Assembly: GCA_044222245.1 (NCBI GenBank)
Contig: JBGANQ010000021.1
Coordinates: forward strand, 3,597 to 67,596
Direction of reading: 5' to 3'
DNA from: Polyangia bacterium
Lineage (GTDB): Bacteria; Myxococcota_A; Polyangia; Palsa-1104; JAEUJZ01
DNA: 64,000 bases
The translations under genes were made by a program, and so were the position numbers. This document shows, piece after piece, positions 33,035 through 42,627 of the stretch. The notes beneath the pieces are model-generated. The model saw nothing but the letters and a program-made list of their open reading frames with translations. It had not been told where the DNA came from and did no database searches. Positions within the stretch are counted from its first letter, which is position 1. Each line of letters starts with the position of its first letter.

Positions 33035-34111
33035 ATGGATGACCACGGCAAGGGGCCCTTAGGCCGGGCGGCCCGGCAGGCGCGGCAGGCGCCCGGACCG
33101 CTCGGCGCCGCTGCGCTGGTGCTCGCGGCGGCCACCTTGCTGCCCGGGTGCAAGCGGCAGAGCGGCGAGAACTTCGGCCTGCTGGAGACCGCCCCGGTGG
33201 TAAGCGCGACGCCGAGCGGCGCCGAGCTCACTCGCGCCGACCTCCTTTTGCAGCTTCTCAGCCTCTCTCACGCCGAGGTCACGGCGCGCCTGGGACCGCA
33301 CCGCATCGAGTCGCAGACCCAGTGGTCGATAACCCCGGTGGTCACCCCCGGGTCGGGATCCGGCCCCGCTGCCGGCCCGGGCGCAGTCCGGCCGGGCTTC
33401 AAGGTCGACAGCCCGGCCCAGCCCTACGACGGCGGCGCCGCCTGGGAGAGCACGGCGGTGACGCTGGAGGAGACGCGCTCGATCGCGGTCGACGCCGCTG
33501 GCCGGCTGCAGCTGGCCAGCCAGAACGATCACGGGACTGGCGTCGAGGCGGTATTGGACCAAAACTTTCTATATCTACGCATGCGCTATGCACCCTACAT
33601 CCGCTACAAGCCCGAAGGCGATCAGGTAGCGCGCCTGCGCGCCACCGCCTACGAGTCGGGAGCGGCGCTGCTAGAGACGGTAGCCCCCTACGTGCGGCTG
33701 AGCGCCCCGGTCGAGGCGACGGCGCTCGGGCGCCCGGCCTGGCAGGTGACGCTGGCGCGGCAGGACGCGGCGGGCGGCGGCCGGGACAAGCGGGCGGGAG
33801 GGGCTGGCTCGCTGTGGCGGGCGGCGACCGCAGTGGATATGTTGAACGGAACCGTGACCATCGACCGCCAGAAGGGAACGCTGCTCAACCTGCAGCTGCA
33901 TGTACGCTTTGTCGCCCCGCGCCCCGACTCGGCAGCGAGCGGCGGCGAGCGGGTGCAGGTCGAGGCCGAGCACCAGGTGCGGGTGGTGGCGCTGGACAAA
34001 GACGTCCCGGCGATCGTCGCGCCCGCCGACTGGATTGACCCGCCGAGCCGGCCGCGGCCAATGCTCGATCGGCAGGAGCTGCTCAACGGGCTCTCCCCGG
34101 GGCGACCCTAG
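33035..34111 (+). CDS. Putative lipoprotein, unknown function
   Basis: LLPGC lipobox; beta-strand-rich sequence. Confidence 0.7.
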   Translation: MDDHGKGPLGRAARQARQAPGPLGAAALVLAAATLLPGCKRQSGENFGLLETAPVVSATPSGAELTRADLLLQLLSLSHAEVTARLGPHRIESQTQWSITPVVTPGSGSGPAAGPGAVRPGFKVDSPAQPYDGGAAWESTAVTLEETRSIAVDAAGRLQLASQNDHGTGVEAVLDQNFLYLRMRYAPYIRYKPEGDQVARLRATAYESGAALLETVAPYVRLSAPVEATALGRPAWQVTLARQDAAGGGRDKRAGGAGSLWRAATAVDMLNGTVTIDRQKGTLLNLQLHVRFVAPRPDSAASGGERVQVEAEHQVRVVALDKDVPAIVAPADWIDPPSRPRPMLDRQELLNGLSPGRP

Positions 34112-34138
34112 CGTGGAAGCGCGGATAAGGAGCGAGCC

Positions 34139-34858
34139 TTGACCCAAGACAGCAAGCAAGAACCAGGACACCTGCAGCAGAACCGCGCGGTGATCCTTTT
34201 GCGCAGCGCCCTGGTCGGCGCCGCCAGCATCCTGCCGCTGCCGGGTGTGACCGAGGCGCTGACCGGCGCCCTGCGGCGCGGCCTTATGCAGCATGTGGCC
34301 GGGCTGCGCCACGTCGACCTCGAGGAGCCGGCGCTCGATGAGCTACTCGCCGAGTCGCCCAAGAAGAAGCGGCTGACCGTGTTCTCGGCGCTCGGCGGGC
34401 TGGTCTCGCTGCTGCGGCCGCGGCAGGCGTTCCGCCGCATGTTCATCGGCCTGGCGGTGTTGCGTGGCGTCGAGGAGGGCGCGCGCGCGTTCCAGACCGC
34501 GACGCTGCTTGATCACTACTGCGCCGTGCACCACCTGGGGCCGGGGATCTCGGTCGACAAGGCGCGCCGGCTGCGCGCGGTCATGGAGGAAGCGACCCTC
34601 ATCGCCCAGCGCGAGCTGGCCAGCGAGGCGCTGACCCAGATCGCGACCCAGGCCGGGCGGCTGATCGTCGCCGTGCCCACCTGGGTGTGGGCGCAGATCC
34701 GGCGCACCGGCGAGCCGCCGGCGCTGCCGAGCCTGGCCGGCCTGGTGCAGTCGACGCAGGAGATGCTCGCCACCCTGTCGGCGCGCCGCTACCTCGGCCA
34801 CCTGACCGACAGCTTCGACCGCAAGTGGTCCGGCGGGACCGTGATCACAGTCAACTGA
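34139..34858 (+). CDS. Hypothetical helical (possibly membrane-associated) protein
   Basis: AAGGAG RBS before TTG; GC3 bias; GAASILPLPG motif. Confidence 0.7.
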   Translation: MTQDSKQEPGHLQQNRAVILLRSALVGAASILPLPGVTEALTGALRRGLMQHVAGLRHVDLEEPALDELLAESPKKKRLTVFSALGGLVSLLRPRQAFRRMFIGLAVLRGVEEGARAFQTATLLDHYCAVHHLGPGISVDKARRLRAVMEEATLIAQRELASEALTQIATQAGRLIVAVPTWVWAQIRRTGEPPALPSLAGLVQSTQEMLATLSARRYLGHLTDSFDRKWSGGTVITVN

Positions 34859-34877
34859 TAGGCTTTACCCCTCTACC

Positions 34878-35450
34878 ATGGGAGGACGAATCGACTTGCC
34901 AGCCCGCAAACTAGATCCCCAAAAGAGCCCCACCCAGTCGGCGCGTCCCGCGCAGTCTCAGGAAAAATATCGGCAGGATGCGATCGCCGCGGCCAGCGCC
35001 GCACTCGCCAAAAAGGCGATCGAGCCTGTGCTCATCGATCTGTCCGGGGCCCAGAGCTACACCGACTATCTGCTGGTGACCTCGGCGCACGGCAGCCGCG
35101 GCGTCCGCGCGATCGGCGAGCACGTCGAAAAAGTGCTGGCCGAGCGGGGCGTGCTGCCGCTCGGGCGCGAGGGCCTGTCCGAGGGGCACTGGGCGCTGCT
35201 CGACTTCGGCGATCTGGTCGTGCATGTGTTCGATCAGAACCTGCGCGAGTTCTACGACCTGGAGGGGATGTGGTTTGACGCCCCGCGCATCGAGCTGGTC
35301 ATCCCGCCCGAGCAGCGGCTGGATGCGCAGGCGTTCCGCTACGGCGATGATCTGAGCCCCGACGAGTCCGAGGAGCCCGCCGCCGAGCCGCGCGGGCGCG
35401 GCGCCGGCGCGGCGGAGCATCGCGGCTCAAGCTACGGCGCTCTGGAGTAG
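34878..35450 (+). CDS. rsfS: Ribosome silencing factor
   Basis: KKA...DL...YTDYLLVTS, EG....WALLDFGDLVVHVF and REFYDLEGMW motifs. Confidence 0.93.
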   Translation: MGGRIDLPARKLDPQKSPTQSARPAQSQEKYRQDAIAAASAALAKKAIEPVLIDLSGAQSYTDYLLVTSAHGSRGVRAIGEHVEKVLAERGVLPLGREGLSEGHWALLDFGDLVVHVFDQNLREFYDLEGMWFDAPRIELVIPPEQRLDAQAFRYGDDLSPDESEEPAAEPRGRGAGAAEHRGSSYGALE

Positions 35451-35553
35451 ACCGCGGTAGCGACCCGGGGCGGGAGTCGGTGGCGCCCGGCCCGGGCAGC
35501 GCGAGCGAGCGCGGGCGTTGCGACGGCGGCGCGGGCTTGGCATAGTCCGCGCC

Positions 35554-36861
35554 ATGACAACGCCAAACCGAAAAGACGGCTACCCGTGCGGCGGCGGCGC
35601 CGCGGGCGAGCCGGGCAGCGACTCGCGGCGCACCGTCCACGTCCGCCGGGTCGACGAGTGCGAGACGCTGGATGAGCTCCTGCGGCACTGCCTGCCGGCC
35701 TTTGGCGGCGCCTACCTGCGTCGCATCTACACCATCCTCGATCAGGCGATCGGTGCCGACTGCCCGCTGACGCTGGCGATCGCCGGTCCGGTGACCGTGT
35801 CCGGCCAGCACCAGAGCTGGCTGCTGCCGCTGCTGGAGACCGGCTGGGTCGGCTACCTGAGCACCACCGATGCGGTCTGCTACCACGACGGCCACCGCAG
35901 CCTCAGCGAGCACCGCGACCCGATCCACGAGGTGCCGATCTTCGGCGACGACGGCGCCCTGCGGGACGAGGGCACGATCCGCGTCACCGACATGGCCTTT
36001 GATGAGCAGGTGCTGATCGATCAGGACCGCTTCCTCACCGCGTGCCTGAGCCGCCCGGAGTTCCAGAAGAAGATGACCGGGACCGAGCTGCGCTACCTGC
36101 TGGGCGCCTGCTACGCGGCGCAGGAGCAGCGCAGCGGCGTCTCGCCGGGGCTGCTTGCGACCTGCCACCGGCTGGCGATCCCGGTGCTGGTGGGGGCGCC
36201 GGCCGATGGCAGCGTGTTCCTCAACGCGATGAAGCTGTGGGCGATGAAGAAGGCCGGGCTTATCCCAGAGCACGGCTTCGAGCTCGACCTGCAGGCCGAG
36301 GTCTTCGAGTCGTGCGCCTACCACCGCTGGGGCCTCTTTGATCACCCGGCCCGGGCGCTGGCGACGCTCATCCTGGGCGGCGGGGTGCCCAAGAACTACA
36401 ACCTGCAGCCGGAGCCGGCGCTGTCGCAGGTGCTCGGGCTGCCCGAGGTGCGCGGCTACATGTTCGACGTGCAGATCGTCACCGCTCCGGTCACCGATGG
36501 CTCGCTGTCGTCGTGCCCGCCGGCCGAGGCGGTGACCTGGGGCAAGGTCGACAAGGATGTCTATCAGCAGACCACCGAGAGCATGCAGGCCGACTACTCG
36601 ATCGTGATGCCGTTTCTGGTCAAGGCGCTGCTCGACAACCGGGCGCGCTACGCGCGGTGGGCCGAGCGCATGGGCGAGGAGGCGCTTTACGCCCAGCACC
36701 CCAAGGCGCGCGGCTACCTGCGTCCGCGCACGGGCTACCGGCTGTTTTCCCAGCGCGAGGCGCTCGGCGAGAAGCTGCTGCAGGCGGTGCGCGACAACGC
36801 CGAGTGGCTGCGCGGCACCCTGTCGTATCCGCTGCCCAACCTGAGCGGCCAGCCCGGCTAG
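35554..36861 (+). CDS. Deoxyhypusine synthase-like protein
   Basis: PADGS, LGGGVPKNY, DGSLSSCPPAEAVTWGK (catalytic Lys motif) and ADYSIVMP motifs. Confidence 0.88.
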   Translation: MTTPNRKDGYPCGGGAAGEPGSDSRRTVHVRRVDECETLDELLRHCLPAFGGAYLRRIYTILDQAIGADCPLTLAIAGPVTVSGQHQSWLLPLLETGWVGYLSTTDAVCYHDGHRSLSEHRDPIHEVPIFGDDGALRDEGTIRVTDMAFDEQVLIDQDRFLTACLSRPEFQKKMTGTELRYLLGACYAAQEQRSGVSPGLLATCHRLAIPVLVGAPADGSVFLNAMKLWAMKKAGLIPEHGFELDLQAEVFESCAYHRWGLFDHPARALATLILGGGVPKNYNLQPEPALSQVLGLPEVRGYMFDVQIVTAPVTDGSLSSCPPAEAVTWGKVDKDVYQQTTESMQADYSIVMPFLVKALLDNRARYARWAERMGEEALYAQHPKARGYLRPRTGYRLFSQREALGEKLLQAVRDNAEWLRGTLSYPLPNLSGQPG

Positions 36862-36862
36862 C

Positions 36863-37288
36863 GTGCGGCTGACCATCCTGGCGGTGGGCAAGCTGCGCGA
36901 TGCCTGGGTCGCGCAGGGGTGCGCCGAGTACAGCCTGCGGCTGCGACCGCGGCTGCCGGTGGAGATCGTCGAGGTCAAGAGCGACGCCCAGCTGCCGGCC
37001 CGGCTGCCGCCGCGCTACCTGCGCTGGGTCCTGGACGAGCGGGGGGCGCAGCCGACCTCGCGCGAGCTGGCGGCCAAGCTCGGGCAGGCGATGGCGTCGG
37101 GGGCGCCGGGGATCGCGCTGTGCATCGGCGGGCCGGACGGCCACAGCGAGGAGCTGCGGCGCAGCGCCGACTATCTGCTGGGGCTATCGCGGCTGACGTT
37201 GCCGCACCGGCTGGCGCGGCTTGTGGCGCTGGAGCAGCTGTATCGCGCGGTGTCGATCTTGGACGGCGGGCCGTACCACCGCGACTGA
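36863..37288 (+). CDS. rlmH: 23S rRNA pseudouridine-1915 N3-methyltransferase
   Basis: ILAVGK, LDERG, IGGPDG and LSRLTLPHRLARLVALEQLYRA..GPYHR motifs. Confidence 0.95.
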   Translation: MRLTILAVGKLRDAWVAQGCAEYSLRLRPRLPVEIVEVKSDAQLPARLPPRYLRWVLDERGAQPTSRELAAKLGQAMASGAPGIALCIGGPDGHSEELRRSADYLLGLSRLTLPHRLARLVALEQLYRAVSILDGGPYHRD

Positions 37289-37306
37289 GGCGGGGCGACC
37301 GCGGGC

Positions 37307-38515
37307 CTAGCCGCCGCCGCCCTGGCCGGCGTCACGCTTGAGCTTGAGGTGGGTCTTGTAGCCGCCCATCCCCTTGCCGCCGCCCAGGCCGGTCATGCTG
37401 GCGGCAAACGAGAAGTGGGCGCCGCCGACGTAGTACTTGCCGTTGAAGCGGGCGTCGGCAGTCTTGAGCTTGACCACGCAGCCCGGCTTGATCTTGGCGT
37501 TGCCCAGGCCCACCGCCTCAGCGGTGATGAAGTTCATCTGGCGCTCTTCGAGGATCGACTTGGCGAGCAGGTCGGCCTCCTCGCGGGTGCGCACCGGGAT
37601 GTCGAAGATGTGCAGATCGGGGTTGTCGCCGAACGCCGAGGCGCCCATCTCGCCGCCGAGCGGGGAGGCCGAGGCCTCGGCCTTGCCGGTGAGCATCTGC
37701 GCATCGCGGCTGGTGCCGGCGGGATCCCAGCCGTGCACGATCACCTTCTTGACCTGACCCGAGGTGGCAAACTCCGGCGAGAAGCTTTCGAGGGCGCCGC
37801 CGGGGTCGGTGTTGCCCTCGGCGCCGTCGACGCCTTCGTTGGTGTAGGTCAGCTCGGCGACGGGGCCGTCGTCCTTCTGTCGCTTGCGGAAGTAGAAGGT
37901 GTCCTTCTCGACGTAGCACTCGCGGCAGGTGCGGGCGGCGCGCTGGCGGAGAAACTCCAGATCGGTCTGGTTCGGCTGGTGCAGGTGCTCGTGGAACAGC
38001 GTCGGCGGCTCGCGCCCGAAGTCGGGGGTCAGGCCGTTGTCCTGGATGATCTTGGAGACGATCTGCTGCTCGGTCTGGTTGACGAAGGTGCGGGTGCGGC
38101 GCTCGCGGGTGAGCTTGTGCATCTTGTTCATGCCGCGGATGTGCACGGTGACCGGCAGGTGGGTGTCAAACGAGGGGAAAAAGCCGGTCAGCTGTCCCTG
38201 GAAGACGATCTCTTCGCTGTCGCCTTCCTGCTTCATCTTGACGACCAGCTCGGCGCCGCCCTTGGGCGTCACCGAGAAGCGCTGGCCCTCGGGGTTGCCG
38301 CTGACAAAGTCGAGCAGGCCGCTCAAAAAGCCCATCACGCCGCCACCGCCGCCGCCGCCGCCGCCACCGCCGTCGCCGAAGTTGGAAAGGACGATCGACG
38401 CAAAGTCGGGCTGGTCGATGTCCTTCATCACCTCGAAGCTGGCGATGTTCTTGCGGTCGATCTCTTTGCCGTCGATGGTGACTTTCGGGTCACCAAATGA
38501 GATGCGATTGCCCAT
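37307..38515 (-). CDS. Phage late control D / gp27-like hub protein (VgrG N-terminal half only)
   Basis: HKLTRERRTRTF, HQPNQTDLEFLRQRA, KVIVHGWDP, GNAKIKPG and RFNGKYYV motifs; ends without a gp5 OB-fold or spike. Confidence 0.88.
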   Translation of the reverse strand: MGNRISFGDPKVTIDGKEIDRKNIASFEVMKDIDQPDFASIVLSNFGDGGGGGGGGGGGVMGFLSGLLDFVSGNPEGQRFSVTPKGGAELVVKMKQEGDSEEIVFQGQLTGFFPSFDTHLPVTVHIRGMNKMHKLTRERRTRTFVNQTEQQIVSKIIQDNGLTPDFGREPPTLFHEHLHQPNQTDLEFLRQRAARTCRECYVEKDTFYFRKRQKDDGPVAELTYTNEGVDGAEGNTDPGGALESFSPEFATSGQVKKVIVHGWDPAGTSRDAQMLTGKAEASASPLGGEMGASAFGDNPDLHIFDIPVRTREEADLLAKSILEERQMNFITAEAVGLGNAKIKPGCVVKLKTADARFNGKYYVGGAHFSFAASMTGLGGGKGMGGYKTHLKLKRDAGQGGGG

Positions 38516-38518
38516 GGC

Positions 38519-38977
38519 TCATCCGCCTCCTGACTTCCCGGTCACGGCCTGGCTGGCCTCCTTCATCTTCAGCGTGCACTCAGCGCGCACTGGCGTTCCC
38601 GTGCTGAGGAACATGGTGAACTTGACGGCGAGCGACTCGACGACGCCCTGAAACTGGATCTCACCCCAGGAAAAGATACACAGCGGCGGGCGCTTCTTGC
38701 TCGAGCTGATGATGCGCGCGAGCTTGGACAAGTCGTCGGTGTATTTCTTTTTAACCGAGGCCTTCTCTTCATATGTATCAAAATGCAGAGTCACACTAAG
38801 CGACGCCGGCGTCGGCTTGGAGAACTCCTCCGGCGGCTCATCGGTAATGGCGCCTTCTTTCTGCGTCCACTGGACCTGCTTTTCAATGGAGATTTCCTTC
38901 GGATTGAAGCAAACCACCATCTTTACCGGGCACTCGGGGTCCTTGGAAAAGAGATTCGCTTTTGCTAGTTCAGCCAT
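38519..38977 (-). CDS. eCIS tube-initiator (Afp7/Pvc7-like) protein, no LysM tail
   Basis: FNPKEISIEK, LSVTLHFDTYE, RPPLCIFSWG, FQGVVESL and KFTMFLSTGTPVRA motifs; ATG overlaps the upstream stop. Confidence 0.85.
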   Translation of the reverse strand: MAELAKANLFSKDPECPVKMVVCFNPKEISIEKQVQWTQKEGAITDEPPEEFSKPTPASLSVTLHFDTYEEKASVKKKYTDDLSKLARIISSSKKRPPLCIFSWGEIQFQGVVESLAVKFTMFLSTGTPVRAECTLKMKEASQAVTGKSGGG

Positions 38978-40070
38978 GAGCGCCAAACCTTTCTTTCGAC
39001 AACTTTTTGACCTGATTCAGATCTTCCACAACCAACTTGGCCATCGCCCGTAGCTTGTTATGGAGGTCCTTTTGGTCCTCTTTAACTTTAGGATGCGCCT
39101 GCTGGCCCAGCGCTTTGGCGACTGGTCGCGGCTCGGGCGCGTTGCTGGTATAGGAAGAGGCCGCGGCCATCTGCTTATTGCTATCGGCAAATGCGATAAG
39201 CGTCATATCGCCGAGCGAGATGCGATCATCGGCGCCGCCGTGCGCCGTCGCGTGCGCCCGCACCGCCTCCATGAGCTGGCGCGAAGCGGCGAGCGCCGCC
39301 TGGTGGGCCTGCTCCTCGGTGATCGAGCTCGCCGGGCGCTCGCCGCGGCGGCTGCTCTGCACCAGCGCCAGCGGCAGGCGATCGCGCCGCTCCTCGGGCG
39401 CCGGCGCGGGCGTCGCTGGGCGGCCGAGATCGGCCTCGACCGCGGCGATGAGCGGCTCCAGGGTCGGCCGGCTCATCAGGCCCCACAGCGGCGACGGGGT
39501 CGCGGCGGTCTTGAGCTCGAGCGCGGCGTGCGCCACCGGCGGCTCCCAGCCCGAGGCGAGGACCGGCTGGTTGGGGCGGCCCGCCTCGCTGCCGCGGCGC
39601 GCCTCGGCGCCGCTGTCGCCCTCGTCCTTGCTGCCGCTGCCGAACATCCGCTCGGGCGACGACAGGGCCATGGTCGGCCGCAGCGAGCGCGGCAGCTTGA
39701 GATCGGCGGCGCGTCGCGGCTCGGGCCGCGCGGTGAGCAGGTCCTGCGTCGGCACCAGCCGCTCGCGGCGCGTGCTGGCGGCGGGCGCGGTGGCCTCGGC
39801 GACCCCCGGGCGCTCACCGCTGGTGGGCGTGCCGGGCGGGCTGAACACCGGCTGCGCGAACAGCCGCTGCCCCGGCCCGCGACCGCCGGCTGGCCCCGCG
39901 CCCTCGACGACGCTGTCGACCAGGCGATCGGCAAAGCGCAGCGAGCGGCTGATCGGGGCCCCGTAGGGACCCACGACGCGACCGAGCACGCTCGACAGCA
40001 TGCGCTCGGAGGCCGCCGCCCCGCTTGGGGTGTAGGGCGCCGCGGCCGCGGTCTTGGGCGACTCCGCCAT
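38970..40070 (-). CDS. eCIS-associated low-complexity protein with helical C-terminus
   Basis: Tightly coupled between the tube gene and the Afp7-like gene; Ala/Pro/Arg-rich. Confidence 0.75.
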   Translation of the reverse strand: MAESPKTAAAAPYTPSGAAASERMLSSVLGRVVGPYGAPISRSLRFADRLVDSVVEGAGPAGGRGPGQRLFAQPVFSPPGTPTSGERPGVAEATAPAASTRRERLVPTQDLLTARPEPRRAADLKLPRSLRPTMALSSPERMFGSGSKDEGDSGAEARRGSEAGRPNQPVLASGWEPPVAHAALELKTAATPSPLWGLMSRPTLEPLIAAVEADLGRPATPAPAPEERRDRLPLALVQSSRRGERPASSITEEQAHQAALAASRQLMEAVRAHATAHGGADDRISLGDMTLIAFADSNKQMAAASSYTSNAPEPRPVAKALGQQAHPKVKEDQKDLHNKLRAMAKLVVEDLNQVKKLSKERFGAHG

Positions 40071-40072
40071 AA

Positions 40073-40516
40073 TCAGCCACCTGCCTTGTAAATCAATCCT
40101 TCGTGGGCAATCTCGATTGTCTCAATCGAGATCTCGTTCTTGGTCGCATCAAACTCCGGACCTTCCCACTTGCAGATCCAGGCGTTGGTGAACTGCCAGC
40201 TGTGGGCGCGCTTCTGGCCGGGGCCGTACTGGATGACGGTGCCGTTGAAGCGCTCCAGCTTCACTCCCGGGTCGTCGTTTACCACCGACTGCCGCTTGGC
40301 CCACAGGCTGCCGCCGGCAAAGCCCTGCTTGAGCACGAGGTTTGAGAATTTGGTGCGGCCGATGAGCTTGTGCTCGGTGGTGTTCAGGCCCCCCTCCTGC
40401 ACCGGGACCACCTCGGCTTCGGAGGTCAGACCGCTGCACGAGCGGAAGTACGCTTCCTGAATGCCGTCGATCTCCACCGCAAAGTGGTAAACGCCATAGG
40501 CTTCGCGTCGCGCCAT
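40073..40516 (-). CDS. T4 gp19-like tail tube protein (single domain)
   Basis: FAVEIDGI..AYFRSCSGL, EGGLN..HKLIGRTKFSNLVLKQG and AWICKWEGPEFDA..IETIEIAHEGL motifs. Confidence 0.93.
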   Translation of the reverse strand: MARREAYGVYHFAVEIDGIQEAYFRSCSGLTSEAEVVPVQEGGLNTTEHKLIGRTKFSNLVLKQGFAGGSLWAKRQSVVNDDPGVKLERFNGTVIQYGPGQKRAHSWQFTNAWICKWEGPEFDATKNEISIETIEIAHEGLIYKAGG

Positions 40517-40528
40517 TGTCTTACCTCG

Positions 40529-42307
40529 TTAAGAGCCCGAACTTGAGCGTTCAGCCATCTGCTGCTCAATCGTGAAATAAATGAACTCCGCCGGCAGTGC
40601 CGGGGCCACCCGGATCTCGGTAATCAACCTGCCGCTATCGACCACATCGGCCGCGTTCACCTCGGAGTCACACTTGACCAGGTACGACTCCTCGGGGCTG
40701 CCACCGGCGAAGTAGCCCTTGGTGTACAGGTCGTGCAAAAACAGCGACACCTCGCGCTCGATGAGCGACCACGTCTGGGCGGTGTTGGGCTCAAACGTGA
40801 TCCACTGGGTGCCGTTTTCCAGAGCGCGCCGCAGCATGATGAACAGCCGGCGCACGTTGAGGTAGCGCCAGTCGGGATCGTTGCTGCAGGTCCGCGCGCC
40901 CCAGATCCGGATGCCCCGGCCGGTGAAGGAGCGGATGGTGTTAATTCCCTCGGAGTTCAACTGTCCAACATGATCATCGGACAGCGGCAACGTAAGTTGC
41001 GTAACCCCGAAGAGCTGCTCGTTGGCGGGGGCCTTGTGCACGCCGTGCTGGATCTCGCTGCGGGCGTACACGCCGGCGATGTGCCCCGACGGCGGCTGCT
41101 TGTGGGTGGCGCCGTTCTGACCGGGCACCACCAGCCAGGGGAAGTAGAACGCGGCGTAGTGGGTGTCGCGGCGCTGGCGCAGGCGGCGCACCTCCTCGAT
41201 GTCGCGGGTGTCGGGCAGATCGAGGATGGCGAAGCGATCCTGGGTCTGCTCGCACAGGTCGATCATCGCGTCGTGGATGCGCTGCACGAACGCCCGCGCC
41301 TCGGGCACCGACATCCGGCTGTAGGCGAGCATGGCGTCGGGCACAAGGACAAGGCCGACGTCGTCGACGTTGGCCAGCGACCACAGGCCGCGGCGGTCCT
41401 CCATGCCGCGGTCGTAGCCGACGAAGTCCTCGGCGGTCATGCCCTCGGTGCCGTCGCGGCCGCCGGTGAGCTTCTCCAGCGGCGCGACCACCGGCAGGTT
41501 ATTGGGCAGGGGCGAAGTCGAGCCCAGGTCCTCAAGGCGGATGAGCTGCGACTCCTCGTTGATGACGCGCGGGGCGTAGCGGCGCGACAGCGGGCTCATT
41601 TGCAGGCTGCGGAAGACCTCGCGGCGATCGCGCAGGGCGGCGTAGATCTCGAACTCGACGACCTCGACGTAGGTCGGGGCGGCGGCGGCGTAGCGGCGGA
41701 CGATCGGCGTGTCGGTGCCCCAGGAGAAGGTCTTTTCCTTGTCGTCCACCTCGGTGATGACGACGTAGTCGCTGCTATCGCGATCGAAGATGCGCACCAG
41801 CGACCCGCGCTCGATGCCGCGCGTCGAGGTCACCCGCGCCACCCCGGCGCCCACCGGCAGATCGAGGGTGAGCAGGGTCTTGGCGCCGGTGGTGTGGGCA
41901 AAGCGGACCCAGATGCTGTTGCCCCAGCGGCCCTCGCTCTGCGACATCACGAGCAGGGTGTCCTTGTCCCAGCCGTCCTTGATGACGCGGGCGGCGGGCA
42001 CCGCGTGGTGCAGCTGCAGCTCCTCGCCGTCTTTGGGCAGGCGGGCGACCCGCACCACGTAGCAGAAGCGGCCGCCGTTGAGGAAAAAGCCCTCGACCGC
42101 CCGCGCCAGGTAGCCCTCGCTCACCGCGCCGTAGACCTCGACGAACTCGGCCCAGCTCTGCAGCCGGCGCGGGGTGTCGAGCGGCCCTTTATTGGCGATT
42201 CCGACAAAGCCGGCGATATGGGTATCCGCGATGGTGAGCGGCGTAATCCGGGACTTGGACCCGCTCTGATATACCCCAGGTGGTCTAACCTCACGGAATG
42301 CGGCCAT
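40529..42307 (-). CDS. Contractile tail sheath protein 2
   Basis: PPGVY, AYFPWL-type motif, PPSGHIAGVYAR, GVHKAPANE, GIRIWGART, WRYLNVRRL and PAEFI motifs. Confidence 0.95.
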   Translation of the reverse strand: MAAFREVRPPGVYQSGSKSRITPLTIADTHIAGFVGIANKGPLDTPRRLQSWAEFVEVYGAVSEGYLARAVEGFFLNGGRFCYVVRVARLPKDGEELQLHHAVPAARVIKDGWDKDTLLVMSQSEGRWGNSIWVRFAHTTGAKTLLTLDLPVGAGVARVTSTRGIERGSLVRIFDRDSSDYVVITEVDDKEKTFSWGTDTPIVRRYAAAAPTYVEVVEFEIYAALRDRREVFRSLQMSPLSRRYAPRVINEESQLIRLEDLGSTSPLPNNLPVVAPLEKLTGGRDGTEGMTAEDFVGYDRGMEDRRGLWSLANVDDVGLVLVPDAMLAYSRMSVPEARAFVQRIHDAMIDLCEQTQDRFAILDLPDTRDIEEVRRLRQRRDTHYAAFYFPWLVVPGQNGATHKQPPSGHIAGVYARSEIQHGVHKAPANEQLFGVTQLTLPLSDDHVGQLNSEGINTIRSFTGRGIRIWGARTCSNDPDWRYLNVRRLFIMLRRALENGTQWITFEPNTAQTWSLIEREVSLFLHDLYTKGYFAGGSPEESYLVKCDSEVNAADVVDSGRLITEIRVAPALPAEFIYFTIEQQMAERSSSGS

Positions 42308-42450
42308 AGAGTTCCTCTGCAGAGCGTGGTGGCTTCAGAAAGGGAGCGGCTCGGGCAGATCCGTGCCCTGCGCCCCAGACCTGAGATCAGGCGCGAGTCA
42401 GGGCGGCTCTATTTTACTCGGGAGTGGGGCGGCTCGGGAGGGGAAAAGTG

Positions 42451-42621
42451 CTAGCCGCGCTTGCGCGCTTCGTTAATCTCGCGGTTTATGCGGGCGATCT
42501 CACGCAGCCAGATGTGGCGCTCGTCGTGCTCCATGTCGAGCAGGTCCTCAAGCGGCCAGTGAAAGTGATACGCGATGTAGGCTACCTCCTGGTAAAGCTG
42601 CTCCAGGGGGTAGCTCGTTAT
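42451..42621 (-). CDS. DUF6760-like small ORF (56 aa) without its own start codon; probable -1 frameshift extension of the upstream chaperone
   Basis: Manual translation: ITSYPLEQLYQEVAYIAYHFHWPLEDLLDMEHDERHIWLREIARINREINEARKRG*. Not in the ORF track. Confidence 0.85.
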   Translation of the reverse strand: MTSYPLEQLYQEVAYIAYHFHWPLEDLLDMEHDERHIWLREIARINREINEARKRG

Positions 42622-42627
42622 CCCCCC
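42581..42627 (-). promoter_or_regulatory. Candidate -1 programmed ribosomal frameshift signal (heptamer, spacer, stem-loop)
   Basis: Minus strand reads G_GGG_GGA TAACGA GCTACCCCCTGG-AGCAGCTTTA-CCAGGAGGTAGC. Confidence 0.75.
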
